Assembly (NCBI GenBank): GCA_024398955.1
Contig: JAKSIG010000004.1
Location: forward strand, 11,539 to 75,538
Origin: Fibrobacter sp.
GTDB lineage: Bacteria > Fibrobacterota > Fibrobacteria > Fibrobacterales > Fibrobacteraceae
Length of the DNA stretch: 64,000 nucleotides
Direction of reading: 5' to 3'
The notes beneath the pieces were generated by a model. That model was not told the DNA's origin. It saw nothing but the letters and a program-made list of their open reading frames with translations, and did no database searches. The translations under genes and the position numbers were made by a program. This document shows positions 1 through 10,307 of this stretch, one piece after another (position 1 is the stretch's first letter; each line of letters opens with the position of its first letter).

Positions 1-1033
1 CGAGGACTGCCGCAATCATGCCCGAAGACGTGCCTACGCCCTTAGCGACATGACGGTCGGGACCACCCTTGGAGAATGGCATTGCGTCCTGCTTTTCGGG
101 CTTGTCCCAGAACTGATGGTCTTCGGAGCCAATGCCCACGGAGTGATACATGTCGTGCTTTTCGATAAGACCGTCAGCCTTAGAGGCTTTATAAAGCTTG
201 AAGAAAAAGTCTGCACCGATTTTGGATTCGTAAAGAATGTCGGGAATACCGTCTGTAAATATAGTGTCATTGTAGGAAATGCCAAAACGGTCTTCGGCTC
301 TGTCCGGATGAACCAGGTAAGTGGTAATAAGGCCGTAGGCGGTGTAAGTCATTGTTTCGGAAACCTTGAAGTGGTCACCGCAGTCATGCCATCCGCCGGT
401 CAGATCGTGGCCAACTTCAGAACCATCCTTCAGATGGCAGGGGGCATGGAACCAGGAGTTTGTATTGCCGCATCTCTGAGCTCCAAGAAAACGCAGGGCG
501 GTTTCGAAAATGGCATTAAAGACACCGGGGTCTACGTTGAAGTGTGCGGATGTATCAGCTCCGATCTTTACGTAATATTCACCCTTGGTTGTGATGGGGG
601 TGAATACCGCTTTGGTTAAAAGTTCCGTTCCCGCTGCTGCAGAGGAATCGCCAAAAACGTACAGTTTGGTTCCAATGGACTTGAAAACGCCATTGACCCA
701 AATGCCGGGCTTGGGCGCATTTTCCATCAGGGCTTCTGTTTTTCCTGTGTAGGCCTCCTTGCCGGTTGCAACATCAATGACAGAGAAGGCCGTTCCTACA
801 GGCTTGTCTGCAACGTAGGCGTACTTCTGGTCCTGGGGGCGGAAACCCGCCTGGTTCACACGGATGTTACGGCGAGCGTATACGTTGATGGAGTCCAGGT
901 AGCGGCGATCGCAGTCGTGGCAGGTGCGGTCAAGATTAGGCAAGTCACTTGCACTTACTGTGGTGAAACTTGTGATCAGGGAAATCCCGACAAACAATGC
1001 TGTTTTTATCAAATTTTTCATACGGTACTTCAT
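1..1033 (-). CDS. Secreted glycoside hydrolase family 9 (endoglucanase), 5' part; runs off the window's left edge
   Basis: Not in the ORF track because it is truncated. Manual translation from ATG 1033 gives MKYRMKNLIKTALFVGISL (signal peptide), then IRVNQAGF (CelD-type N-terminal Ig motif), GGWYDCGDHFK (GH9 catalytic-base motif) and DGIPDILYE. Confidence 0.9.
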   Translation of the reverse strand, partial: MKYRMKNLIKTALFVGISLITSFTTVSASDLPNLDRTCHDCDRRYLDSINVYARRNIRVNQAGFRPQDQKYAYVADKPVGTAFSVIDVATGKEAYTGKTEALMENAPKPGIWVNGVFKSIGTKLYVFGDSSAAAGTELLTKAVFTPITTKGEYYVKIGADTSAHFNVDPGVFNAIFETALRFLGAQRCGNTNSWFHAPCHLKDGSEVGHDLTGGWHDCGDHFKVSETMTYTAYGLITTYLVHPDRAEDRFGISYNDTIFTDGIPDILYESKIGADFFFKLYKASKADGLIEKHDMYHSVGIGSEDHQFWDKPEKQDAMPFSKGGPDRHVAKGVGTSSGMIAAVL

Positions 1034-1070
1034 AAAAATTTGCATCCCAACCCTTGTTTTATAAAATGCA

Positions 1071-1102
1071 AAAGAATGTGAGTCTTATGAATCACATTCT
1101 TT
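1071..1102 (-). terminator. Hairpin between the two GH9 genes (terminator or mRNA stability element)
   Basis: AAAGAATGTGA-10 nt-TCACATTCTTT inverted repeat, about 35 nt downstream of the stop at 1138. Confidence 0.55.
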
Positions 1103-1137
1103 CGCCAACGAAAATCTGTTAGACTAACGTTTTCATT

Positions 1138-4100
1138 TTACTGCTTGACTCTCCTAAAGCCGAACGTCTTTGTGAAGGTGTCGGAATCGCTAATGGCGCG
1201 TCCGTCGTCACCTTCTTCCAGCGTTTCGGGGGCGCTGCTAGAGGCCTTTGTCTTGAACTTCGCAATGTAGGGGCCTGTACCGATCTTCTTTCCGGTTGAG
1301 CTTACGGGGTAATCTTCCGGAGCACACCATTCAAGGTAGAGGGTCAAGGTACTACCTGCCGAGATAAAGTCCTTCATATAGGAAGTAGAGTCAGAGAAAT
1401 GAGTGTTAATGACGTAAGAGCCCATGTTGCTGAAAATGTCCAGATCAAAGGCCAGCTGGTAATTACGGCTGTTTCCGAAGGGTAACGACACCTCTATTTC
1501 AAATACAGGTCCTGCAGACTTGTAGTTTGCTATGGGGGCGCTGTTCACTCGCTTCAGTTCGTTGTCGCCTGCGGCCAGGATAATGGTCTCGCCAGCCTTG
1601 TTCTTTACGGTCAATCTGAAGTTTTCGTTTTCGGCAAACGGTGTGTTGCCGTAGTAGACATCGTAATTGTTTCTGGACTTTGTAATGGATTCCACAGACT
1701 TAATGGCGAACATGACCTCGGTAACGGAACCATTGATGGGTACCCACGGATGATCTACGCCTGCATAGAGACCTGCCTGGTCCCTAATGGCACTGAAGGT
1801 GGTGTCGCTATGGAGACGGACATTGTCGCCAATCCACAGGGCTTCCGGCTCTTTATGCATATAGCTCAAGCGGATAGAAGTGGGGGTGACAACCACAACA
1901 GACAGGGACGAGTTGTGCATGGGGCTATAGTAAACGCCGGTCTTGCCTTCACGTTCGCGTTCCACAAAGTAGGGGTGAGATACGGTGTCTACAGGTTCAG
2001 AGAAGGTCAACAGAACATCATCCAATGTTCCTCGTTCTTCGTCGCCCACGTCATATCCGCTCCACTGGGCCGAGAGAATGACTGGCGGGCAGAAGTCCAG
2101 CAGGGCGTGAGTAATGTCGGAAATCTGATTCTCGACAGGTCCAATGCGAGGACGAATCCTTCCCTTACCGTCGTCGGCTCCGTAGGTCTGGTTCTTATAG
2201 ATATCCTTATCAACAGCAATCTTGATTACCGAGTGGTAGAATGTAGAATCCTTGGTTTGGGGAGTGCCGTCTGCATTCTTCAGGGTGTCAAGCTTGGGAA
2301 TGAAGGTGGAGTCCTGGGTTGTTACGCAACTGCTCTTATCTTCCACTTCGATAGTTGTGCAAACTTCGGTGGTGTCGTAGATGGTAAAGCCAAGGGAGTC
2401 AGTCTTTGTAGAGTCAATTCTCGGAGAGCAATTTGTTTGTTCCTTGGAATCGCAAACTGTGATGGCTGGCTTCTTAATCCATTCTCCGTGATCAGGGTCA
2501 ATCTGCGTGAGTATGGTAGAAATCTTGCCGGCTTCAATAGAGGACAGGTTCCAGCCTCCTGCAGGCATGGTGAATGCCTGGTAAATTGCGGGCTTGCCCC
2601 AATAGACGTCAATGGTATCGGGAATGTCCTTGTCGCGGAGGGTGCGTACGAATTCTACGTAGATTTCATCGGGCTGGCCGTCTCCGGTAAAGTCCGTAAT
2701 CTTGGCATATTGCACAGGTACAGGACGAATTGCTTCAATAATGGTTACAGGAGAACAAGTGGCAATCCTGTTTCCGGAAGCGTCCATAATGCCGAATCCA
2801 GCAACAACAGATGCGGTTTCTTGAGGCTTGATTAGGGTTGCACCGGTTGCCTGGTTATAGTTGCCTTCGATTACGTATTGCCAACTCTTTCCTTCGTCAG
2901 AAGTTGTTACGGAGATAATAGTAATGCCGGTTGCGTCGACTGCATTTTGACCATCATAGACAGAGAGAGGCCAAGTCTTGGTGTCGGCAATGTCTACAGG
3001 TTCTGAGAAGATGAACTTCAAAGTGTCTTGCTTGTTCTCGTGGTTTTCGTTTTCAAGGATGGAAACGCTTGTGAGCTTAGGTCTGATCTTGTCGGTAATT
3101 TCCACCTGATCCGTAGCTGCGATACCATCTTCGCGCATGTATACAACAACCTTACCCATGGGGGCGGCGGTTCCTATAAGGGTATCTGCAATTTCAAGAT
3201 AAACGGAGTCTCCCACGACAGTTGCAGACGGAACTATGGCAATTTCTTTACCTTCGAAAGAATCTGCAGCGTCGAGCTTAATCAGGACGCTATCCATTAC
3301 GATGGTCGTGCCATTGAACTGGTTTCCTGTGAACTTGATGCTCAGACCGTCCATTGCAATGGCTGTTCCAGAAGCGGTGCAGGTGTTGCTTACGATTGAT
3401 GCTACCTGGGGTACAGGTCTTGTAGGACTTGACCAGAATCTAGTGGAATCGCGGTCGTCTTCATCTTCGGGGTCAACATACTTAACCATGATGGTGTCAC
3501 CGCCATAGAAGACTACATTGGGTAAGCCTCCGTCCTTTGCCTGTGCGGTAAGGAAGTCACTGCTGAAGTAGCCAAGATCTTCGTTGGTTCTCTTCAGGGT
3601 AACGACTGTGGAGTCGCCTGTACGAGAATTGAAGATGTAGGCGTTCATTGTAGTATTGCCACGGTTGTCCTTATCGCGAAGCTCAATGCGGAACTTGGTT
3701 GATCCGTCAATCTTGAAGGTTCCATCAGGCAGAGCCAAAGTGGAAAGTGGTTCTCCATTTTCGGCAAATAGCAGAATAGAACTCTGGGTTCTGTCGCCCT
3801 TGCTGAACTGAACGTAATAGGAACGGTTTACAAAGGCGCAACCGCCATTTTCTGCGCAATCGGCGCAGTTAGGATCCGGACCTGCGAACACGGTGACATC
3901 CACCTTGTTGGTTCCGATAGACATCTTTGCAGGAATATCTAAAGCGTAACGTCCTGTAGAGGGATCATAGATGGCGGCCTTGGCTAGCTGTTCCCTTGTC
4001 AATGCGACGCCGTTTACCCAAATGTCTGTGACGTAACCATTTTCGGTAATGAAAGCCTGACCGGTTAGGTGCATGGTGCTAATGGTAGAGTCAATCTCGA

Positions 4101-7100
4101 CGTAGGATCCGTTAGAAACGTTAAACGGTGCATCAAATGCCATGGTAATTTCGTAGTTCGCCTTCTTCGTGATCATTTCGCGGTAAGAAGGGCTAAAGCC
4201 TGAGACGAATTCATCCTTGCGGTATACAACAACAAATGGATTGACAGGGGCCGTTTCCTGGTCACCATCATCCTTGCCCCAAACGGGCATGCCTTCATAA
4301 TCAGCGCCATCAATAGAACGGAGATGAGGTGCCCAGGTCCAGTCGCCGCTGCTGGCATTCATACGCTTGTCTGCTGCTTTATAAAGCGGATCGCACTTGC
4401 CATTCTGGTAATAACCATCGGAGAAGGCTAAGTCAAGACGCATTCTTGAAGAAGACTTGATAGTGGTAGAACCCATGGGGATAGGAATGTACCAATCGTA
4501 TTCGCCTGTTACCGGATTATAGGTGTCTTCCAGTTTAACAGGCGGAGCGCCACGGAGCAAATCACGAATTTCTCGGTTGGTTTCGCAGGGCTGGTTAAAG
4601 CCCGCTTCGTCATAGGCGATACAGATGTCAACATCGGTCATCAGGGGACACAATCCGGGCTGGTTGTTCACACCTTCTTGAGGTTCCATCTGGTCTGGTC
4701 GTGCTGTTACATAGAGGCGTAATTCCAGGCTGTCAAAGGCTCTGTCTTCGCCGTTAACAATGTTAAGGGCAATTCGGTCCATGCCTTCGAGTCCCTGTTC
4801 GTAATACTGGTAAGTATGAACAGCGAACTTATACTGGGTTACAGGAGTCTTAAACTTTAGAGGCTGTCCCTTATCGTCCTTACAACGTATTGTACCATTG
4901 CTTTCAACGCAGTAATAGTAGGTTGTCTTTTCCTTTAGGGTGCCAATCTTTACATAGTGGAAACTGGTGGGAAGTCCGGCCACATCCATATTGGGGGGCA
5001 GGTCGCAAGTAGTCTTGGTTGAATCATCCCTATTGGGGCAAGTCATTTGGTCTGCTGACACTAAAGTAGTGTCCCAGTAGACTCTGGATTCGTACTGGCC
5101 GTTAGGAGTGTACCACATGATTTCTGCGGTATCTGCAGACAGGTTACAAACCTTAACATTTTGAATGTCGGCATCTCCAAGAGGGCTGACCAAGGTGGTG
5201 AAGGAGAACGGCGTACGAGTGCTGTCTACAAGCCACTTGGTTGTGTATGCTTCACTGCGAATATTGATGGCGACAACCTTGAAGTAGTAGGTTGTTCCGC
5301 CTTGAAGACCGGTCATGTGGATTTCGTGAGAAACGCCATTAACTGTATCTGCGACAGACACATTGAAGGGACCGGTTTCGTTGGTGCTGTAAAGAATCAT
5401 GGCGGGGCCGCGTAGATCCTGGGTTATCTTGACGATTGCTGAATCGTAACCTGCGTAGCGGATTTCCACATTGACCTTTTCTGGGGCGCGATTGCGGTCT
5501 TCTTCTCGAACGGCAACCGTGTTGGAAGCCACGAACATGGCTGTACCGTCAATACAGGTTTCTGCGATGTGGTAATTAGCCCAGCTCAAGGTATCAGGAT
5601 CCATTATGTTAATATCATCTGGAGTGACACCACCAAAGAGTGCGCCTACAGGAGGATTGTAATTGTAGACGGAGCCCGGCATATTTCTGCCTTCGGGGTT
5701 TGCGGCTCGGTGATGGGGGTGCGCATCATTCTTATCGCCAACACCTAGCAGGAATGAAATGTCCCAGGGGTTCACACCTAGCATGTAGTTCAACTGGTTC
5801 ATGCCCAGCTTTTTCATGGCGGCGGAGTTCCAATTTTGTGCGCCCTTAGCCGGGAGCTTAACGCCTTCAAAGTCTTTTGCAATTTCGGAATAGGCGAGAA
5901 CTTCAAAAATGTTGCCAGACTGGTATCGATTGTAAATCCAGGTTTGGTCCGTCTGCATATTGTACCAAAGATCGGTATAGCTCAGCTTTAACGGAACTTC
6001 GTTGTTGGGATTAGGCAAATCAATGGAGTTTGATCCTTCTTTCTGTAGGTAGCTGATGTTTGCTGCCATGGTATAGAGGATTTTTTCTGAATAGGAAAGC
6101 CTGTCCTTTTCTGAAATGCCGTACTTGGCGGCAGTCTCTGTATCGCGAAGTAAAACTCTGTAAAAACCATATAGCGCATAAGTGTAAGCGTTGGCCCAGC
6201 TCGTGTTTTTGGATGATTTCAACATGCCGTTACTAGAAGATCCCATCCAGCCGCCGGGGAACTTATCTGCACCAATACCTGTACCTGTTACCATTTCTTT
6301 ATTGGATATGGCGTCTTCTAGGTAGGACATATCTCCGGTCTTAGCGTAGGTGGCGTAGTGCAAGGCCCAGGCCGCCATGGCCAGATCGTCGTGATATTCG
6401 TTGTTTCCGTTGTAGGCGGGGGTAGACCAGCCTGCAGGAACAGTATTGTATACGTAGGGTTGATTCGTAGACTTGTCGTACTTGGCTAAGCCGTAGCTCT
6501 TTTTCCCAAGTGCAAGATTTTTCGCAAAATCATAGAGCTCCTCTGCAACCATCAAACAGGAATCGGCAAAAGCCTTGTCATAAGTGGCGTAGTTTACACT
6601 CAATAGAGCGAGACCTGCTGCAATCTGACCGGAGATGTTTGAACCCAATTCTCCAAGGCGAACGTCTCTTTCATGAGGACCGCCTCTACCTCTGAGAGTG
6701 GGGGGGAGGTTATCCTGGTTTTCGGGTCTGCCCCACCAGCTGTGGTCAAAGCCAAAGTGTCCTACGGATACAGGCATATTATCGATGACGCCCTTGGCGA
6801 ATCTGTATGCTCGTAAAAAGAAGTCGGCGCCGTGTTTTGCTTCTCGTAAAATGTCGGGAATACCGTCTGTATTTACGGTTTCGCCCATATTATAGGCATA
6901 GTGGTCTTCGTCGCGATCCGGATTTGCAACAGCCATGACAGCAAGAACCATAAAGGCATAGGCTTGAGTCTGTGATTCCTTAAGATGGTCACCGCAGTCG
7001 TACCAGCCACCTTGAAGAGCGCCTTCCTGGCTTGTAAATCCTTCGACTGCTGCTGGTTTTTCTGCATTTACAACGACCGTTCCGCCACCGTCCTTAACGT

Positions 7101-7833
7101 GGCTAGGCTTGTGGAACCAGGATTCAGAGTTGCCGCTACGGTTAATTCCATAAAATTTCAGGGTAGCATCGCGAACCATAGAGAACACTTTATCGCTGAT
7201 GATAAAGGTTGCTGAATACTGGTCTAGAATCTTAATTCTATAGCGGGTTTCTGTTTCAAGGCCGCCAACGTCGGCCAAGTGGCCGATACAAACTGTGCCC
7301 TCGGGACCTTGCCCGTCGACTCTATAACGCCCCTGATTTGCTGTTGCAGCGTCAGAACCTGCACGAATACTCCAGGAGGAGGTCGTGGCCTTACCGGAAG
7401 AGGTTAGGGTTGCCGGTTCGGACACGGGGTTGCCTTCAAGATCTACAACCACATATGTTTCTGCACATGTTCCTGCAGAAACGTAGTAGAATTGCTTTTC
7501 GTCGTCTTCGGGGAGGTAACCAGCTTGGTTTATGCGAATGCGGCCAATACGAACGTTTTGCGCGTCGCGGAAGGCTTGGTTCAGCGAGTCGGGGATAAGT
7601 CCATTGGGTTTAAAATCCTGCGGTACTGAACCGACAGGGGGAACTGTATTGCGCTTTTTGGTAAAAGGCTGATAGGAACTGAAGCTTTCTACGGTTCCGC
7701 CGTTGTCGGTGGCTGCAGTATCCCATGTCATGGGCCAAATAGGACGAATCAAATCGTACGGTGTAGGCTGTTCCTGCTCTACAGCAAACAGCGCCGTGCA
7801 GCATGCCAAAACTAGTGCAATAAGAAACGGCAT
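1138..7833 (-). CDS. Very large (~2230 aa) multimodular secreted GH9 glycoside hydrolase with FN3/Ig-like modules and a long C-terminal region
   Basis: Start placed at ATG 7833 (GGAGG RBS, signal peptide MPFLIALVLACCTALFA). Motifs IRINQAGY, GGWYDCGDH, YMLGVNP, HPHHR and ETCID; FN3-like GLQGGTTYYFKV and LKEKTTYYYCV. Confidence 0.9.
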   Translation of the reverse strand: MPFLIALVLACCTALFAVEQEQPTPYDLIRPIWPMTWDTAATDNGGTVESFSSYQPFTKKRNTVPPVGSVPQDFKPNGLIPDSLNQAFRDAQNVRIGRIRINQAGYLPEDDEKQFYYVSAGTCAETYVVVDLEGNPVSEPATLTSSGKATTSSWSIRAGSDAATANQGRYRVDGQGPEGTVCIGHLADVGGLETETRYRIKILDQYSATFIISDKVFSMVRDATLKFYGINRSGNSESWFHKPSHVKDGGGTVVVNAEKPAAVEGFTSQEGALQGGWYDCGDHLKESQTQAYAFMVLAVMAVANPDRDEDHYAYNMGETVNTDGIPDILREAKHGADFFLRAYRFAKGVIDNMPVSVGHFGFDHSWWGRPENQDNLPPTLRGRGGPHERDVRLGELGSNISGQIAAGLALLSVNYATYDKAFADSCLMVAEELYDFAKNLALGKKSYGLAKYDKSTNQPYVYNTVPAGWSTPAYNGNNEYHDDLAMAAWALHYATYAKTGDMSYLEDAISNKEMVTGTGIGADKFPGGWMGSSSNGMLKSSKNTSWANAYTYALYGFYRVLLRDTETAAKYGISEKDRLSYSEKILYTMAANISYLQKEGSNSIDLPNPNNEVPLKLSYTDLWYNMQTDQTWIYNRYQSGNIFEVLAYSEIAKDFEGVKLPAKGAQNWNSAAMKKLGMNQLNYMLGVNPWDISFLLGVGDKNDAHPHHRAANPEGRNMPGSVYNYNPPVGALFGGVTPDDINIMDPDTLSWANYHIAETCIDGTAMFVASNTVAVREEDRNRAPEKVNVEIRYAGYDSAIVKITQDLRGPAMILYSTNETGPFNVSVADTVNGVSHEIHMTGLQGGTTYYFKVVAINIRSEAYTTKWLVDSTRTPFSFTTLVSPLGDADIQNVKVCNLSADTAEIMWYTPNGQYESRVYWDTTLVSADQMTCPNRDDSTKTTCDLPPNMDVAGLPTSFHYVKIGTLKEKTTYYYCVESNGTIRCKDDKGQPLKFKTPVTQYKFAVHTYQYYEQGLEGMDRIALNIVNGEDRAFDSLELRLYVTARPDQMEPQEGVNNQPGLCPLMTDVDICIAYDEAGFNQPCETNREIRDLLRGAPPVKLEDTYNPVTGEYDWYIPIPMGSTTIKSSSRMRLDLAFSDGYYQNGKCDPLYKAADKRMNASSGDWTWAPHLRSIDGADYEGMPVWGKDDGDQETAPVNPFVVVYRKDEFVSGFSPSYREMITKKANYEITMAFDAPFNVSNGSYVEIDSTISTMHLTGQAFITENGYVTDIWVNGVALTREQLAKAAIYDPSTGRYALDIPAKMSIGTNKVDVTVFAGPDPNCADCAENGGCAFVNRSYYVQFSKGDRTQSSILLFAENGEPLSTLALPDGTFKIDGSTKFRIELRDKDNRGNTTMNAYIFNSRTGDSTVVTLKRTNEDLGYFSSDFLTAQAKDGGLPNVVFYGGDTIMVKYVDPEDEDDRDSTRFWSSPTRPVPQVASIVSNTCTASGTAIAMDGLSIKFTGNQFNGTTIVMDSVLIKLDAADSFEGKEIAIVPSATVVGDSVYLEIADTLIGTAAPMGKVVVYMREDGIAATDQVEITDKIRPKLTSVSILENENHENKQDTLKFIFSEPVDIADTKTWPLSVYDGQNAVDATGITIISVTTSDEGKSWQYVIEGNYNQATGATLIKPQETASVVAGFGIMDASGNRIATCSPVTIIEAIRPVPVQYAKITDFTGDGQPDEIYVEFVRTLRDKDIPDTIDVYWGKPAIYQAFTMPAGGWNLSSIEAGKISTILTQIDPDHGEWIKKPAITVCDSKEQTNCSPRIDSTKTDSLGFTIYDTTEVCTTIEVEDKSSCVTTQDSTFIPKLDTLKNADGTPQTKDSTFYHSVIKIAVDKDIYKNQTYGADDGKGRIRPRIGPVENQISDITHALLDFCPPVILSAQWSGYDVGDEERGTLDDVLLTFSEPVDTVSHPYFVEREREGKTGVYYSPMHNSSLSVVVVTPTSIRLSYMHKEPEALWIGDNVRLHSDTTFSAIRDQAGLYAGVDHPWVPINGSVTEVMFAIKSVESITKSRNNYDVYYGNTPFAENENFRLTVKNKAGETIILAAGDNELKRVNSAPIANYKSAGPVFEIEVSLPFGNSRNYQLAFDLDIFSNMGSYVINTHFSDSTSYMKDFISAGSTLTLYLEWCAPEDYPVSSTGKKIGTGPYIAKFKTKASSSAPETLEEGDDGRAISDSDTFTKTFGFRRVKQ

Positions 7834-7960
7834 AACGCCTCCCTTTTTCGAAAAGTGAGAACCAAACACATCCGACATCAAGATAGTCATTTTTTTTAGG
7901 GCTATTTAGGATAGTCAAAAAAAAGCAGACCAAATGGGCTTTTTTTTATATATTCTATGC

Positions 7961-9100
7961 ATGAAGATTTGTAACTTTATTACAAAAAACTTACTTTCTG
8001 AAAAAGCTTGTGTTGCAAGCTTTTCTTTTGGGTTAGCTGTTTTTGGTTTGGCAGCCTGCGGAGATGATTCCGCAAGCGCCGAAGTCCTTGATTCGCCCTC
8101 TGCTGAAATACCAGCTTCTTCGGGAGACGTCGTAACGGTTCGTTCCTCTGATGCAAAGCCTGATGATAAGGGCGAAACCCCTGTTACGAATGGTTCTTCA
8201 TCTTCCTCATCCCAGCAAAAGGTGTCATCTTCTTCCAAGAAGACCGAAACTCCAGTTTCCGAAGAAGTTTTGAATGAACCATCCATGGTTGTAACGGGTA
8301 GATGCGCTCCCTTGGCTTCCGAAATTCAGAAGGGTGAAATTGCTGAGTGGCGCTTTGACCGGGATAATGGAAGTGTTTTTGAAGTTATCATGGCACCCTT
8401 TGCATGGGAATTCCCGGAACTGGGGAAAACCTTTAAAGGCAACGGATTAAATAAGGTTGACGTGGCGTTCCCAGAAGCAGGAGTGTTCTCCGCCAAGCTT
8501 AACGTAGACGGTACCGAGATTTCTTGTGGATCGCTTCAGGTTCAGGGCATTCCCATTGAAGTGGCCTCCTGCAAGCCCGACAAGTCCAATGCCAATGCCG
8601 GTGAAACTGTAACATGGACTGTTGAAGCAACTTCCGATGCTGAGATCGTTGATTACGCATGGAGCTTTGCCGACGGAGACGTTACCGGCAGTGGAGCTAC
8701 AGGTGCTATTTTAACTACAGAGGAAATGCATAAGGCTAACATCGCCCCTGTAGTTGTTATAACTAATGCAGACAAGACCGCTCAACGATATACTTGCGAA
8801 AGCGCCTACGTTATCAATCCGAATAAGGTGGATTACGCGTTCGTTAAGGGTGGAGAGACCATTAGCATTCCTACTGGAGAAAATTGGGTTGTCCAGATTC
8901 CTGAAGATTGCGCTACATGTACGTTGGTCTGCCAGGTTCAGGGAGCTTCCATCAGTATTTTCGTGAATGAAGAATCCCTGTCTGCTGCGCCCAAGGTTGA
9001 CTATTTCGGTGAAGGCATTGGCACATACAACGGCCAGAAGGTTCAGTTCCGTGTGGAGTCAACTGCAAGTACAGTCAGCTGTAATGTAACTCCGTGGTAA
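7961..9100 (+). CDS. Lipoprotein with Ser-rich linker and PKD/Ig-like domains
   Basis: Lipobox LAAC, poly-Ser linker, PKD-like YAWSFADG and FAWEFPE motifs. Start moved to ATG 7961. Confidence 0.75.
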   Translation: MKICNFITKNLLSEKACVASFSFGLAVFGLAACGDDSASAEVLDSPSAEIPASSGDVVTVRSSDAKPDDKGETPVTNGSSSSSSQQKVSSSSKKTETPVSEEVLNEPSMVVTGRCAPLASEIQKGEIAEWRFDRDNGSVFEVIMAPFAWEFPELGKTFKGNGLNKVDVAFPEAGVFSAKLNVDGTEISCGSLQVQGIPIEVASCKPDKSNANAGETVTWTVEATSDAEIVDYAWSFADGDVTGSGATGAILTTEEMHKANIAPVVVITNADKTAQRYTCESAYVINPNKVDYAFVKGGETISIPTGENWVVQIPEDCATCTLVCQVQGASISIFVNEESLSAAPKVDYFGEGIGTYNGQKVQFRVESTASTVSCNVTPW

Positions 9101-9119
9101 GGCGGAAATCCTTATCCAG

Positions 9120-9149
9120 AAAAGGCTCGGTTTTAAACCGAGCCTTTTT
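9120..9149 (+). terminator. Rho-independent terminator (bidirectional-looking)
   Basis: AAAAGGCTCGGTTT-TA-AACCGAGCCTTTTT. Confidence 0.75.
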
Positions 9150-9285
9150 CGTATGAAATATGATACGAACGATTTCAGAAATGCAAAACGCCTGTTTTGC
9201 GGACATTCCTTGCGTCTTTTGGTCAAAAAAAAGCTCCGCATAGCGGAGCTAGGGGTTCCAAGGGACATTGCCCCTTGCGTCATTA

Positions 9286-9996
9286 TTAATCCTTGCCAGT
9301 GAAGATGATCACGAGGACGGATGCAACGAATGCTGCAGACACAATCAGGAATTCCCACGGATTTTCCATGATGGTGGTCTTTGCAGAACCCATGGATTCT
9401 CTTTCCATCTTGGCGCGTTCTTCGGCTTCGGCCTTGGCCTGAGCTTCGGCAGCCTTCTTTTCTTCTTCAGCCTTGGCGAGAGCTGCGCTGTCTACCGGGG
9501 CTTCTTCGGCCTTTGCTTCGAGAACTTCAGTCTTTGCAGAGTCGGCAGGAGCGGCTTCGGCAGCGGCGGCTTCAGCAGGTGCTGCAGCGGAGTCGGCAGG
9601 GGCGGCAGCAGCTTCAGCAGGAGCGGCTTCGGCAGCGGGTGCTGCGGTAGAATCGGTTGCGGCTACGGCTTCGGCAGGAGCGGCTTCCGCAGCAGGTGCA
9701 GCGGCAGCTTCGGCAGCAGGTGCAGCGGCTGCAGCTTCAGCGGCAGGAGCCGGGGCGGCAGCTTCGGCAGCAGGAGCCGGGGCGGCAGCTTCGGCAGCAG
9801 GAGCCGGAGCAGCAGCTTCAGCGGCAGGAGCCGGAGCAGCAGCTTCAGCCTTGGGGGCTTCTGCAGCGGGTGCGGCGGCAGGTGCAGCCTGAGCAGCAGG
9901 AGCGGCAGCAGGGGCTGCGGCAGGAGCGGCAGCTTCGGCGGCGAAAGCCATTGCAGAGGCAACCATGGTTGCCATCAACAGATTCTTCATCTTCAT
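9286..9996 (-). CDS. Ala/Pro/Glu-rich exported protein with C-terminal membrane anchor
   Basis: Signal peptide MKMKNLLMATMVASAMAFA, AGGA RBS, tandem AAEAAAPAPA repeats, C-terminal TM helix FLIVSAAFVASVLVIIF. Confidence 0.8.
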   Translation of the reverse strand: MKMKNLLMATMVASAMAFAAEAAAPAAAPAAAPAAQAAPAAAPAAEAPKAEAAAPAPAAEAAAPAPAAEAAAPAPAAEAAAPAPAAEAAAAAPAAEAAAAPAAEAAPAEAVAATDSTAAPAAEAAPAEAAAAPADSAAAPAEAAAAEAAPADSAKTEVLEAKAEEAPVDSAALAKAEEEKKAAEAQAKAEAEERAKMERESMGSAKTTIMENPWEFLIVSAAFVASVLVIIFTGKD

Positions 9997-10221
9997 AATA
10001 GTCCTCTTCTGAGTTTAAATTTATTTTACAGAGCAAAAATAATACTTATTAGGGTAAAAAGAAAGAATCTAGAACGAAAAAATTCATTTTATCCTAGAAA
10101 ATTGCGGTTTAGTCCATAAAATCTTGTTAAAAAATGGTGGATAAATAAAAAATGCTTTATTTATCTAGTGCGTTTTCCCATTAATTATCTACTTTTCCCC
10201 TGTAACTTTAACCCTACAGGT

Positions 10222-10288
10222 AGTTATGAATTATAAAGTATGAATTATGAGAAGAATCTTGTAATTCATAACTCGTAATTTATAATTG
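10222..10288. repeat. Inverted clusters of heptamer repeats (TATGAAT / ATTCATA type)
   Basis: gttatgaattataaagtatgaattatgag...cttgtaattcataactcgtaatttataat upstream of the fumarase. Confidence 0.65.
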
Positions 10289-10307
10289 CCGATTTCAAGA
10301 GGCTCAT

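Noticed and set aside
50-619. 189-aa plus-strand ORF
   Set aside because: Antisense to the truncated GH9, which carries clear catalytic motifs.
9268-10119. Several overlapping Gly/Ser- or Gln/Arg-rich ORFs
   Set aside because: Alternative frames of the Ala/Pro repeat gene; only the 9286-9996 frame has a signal peptide, RBS and TM helix.
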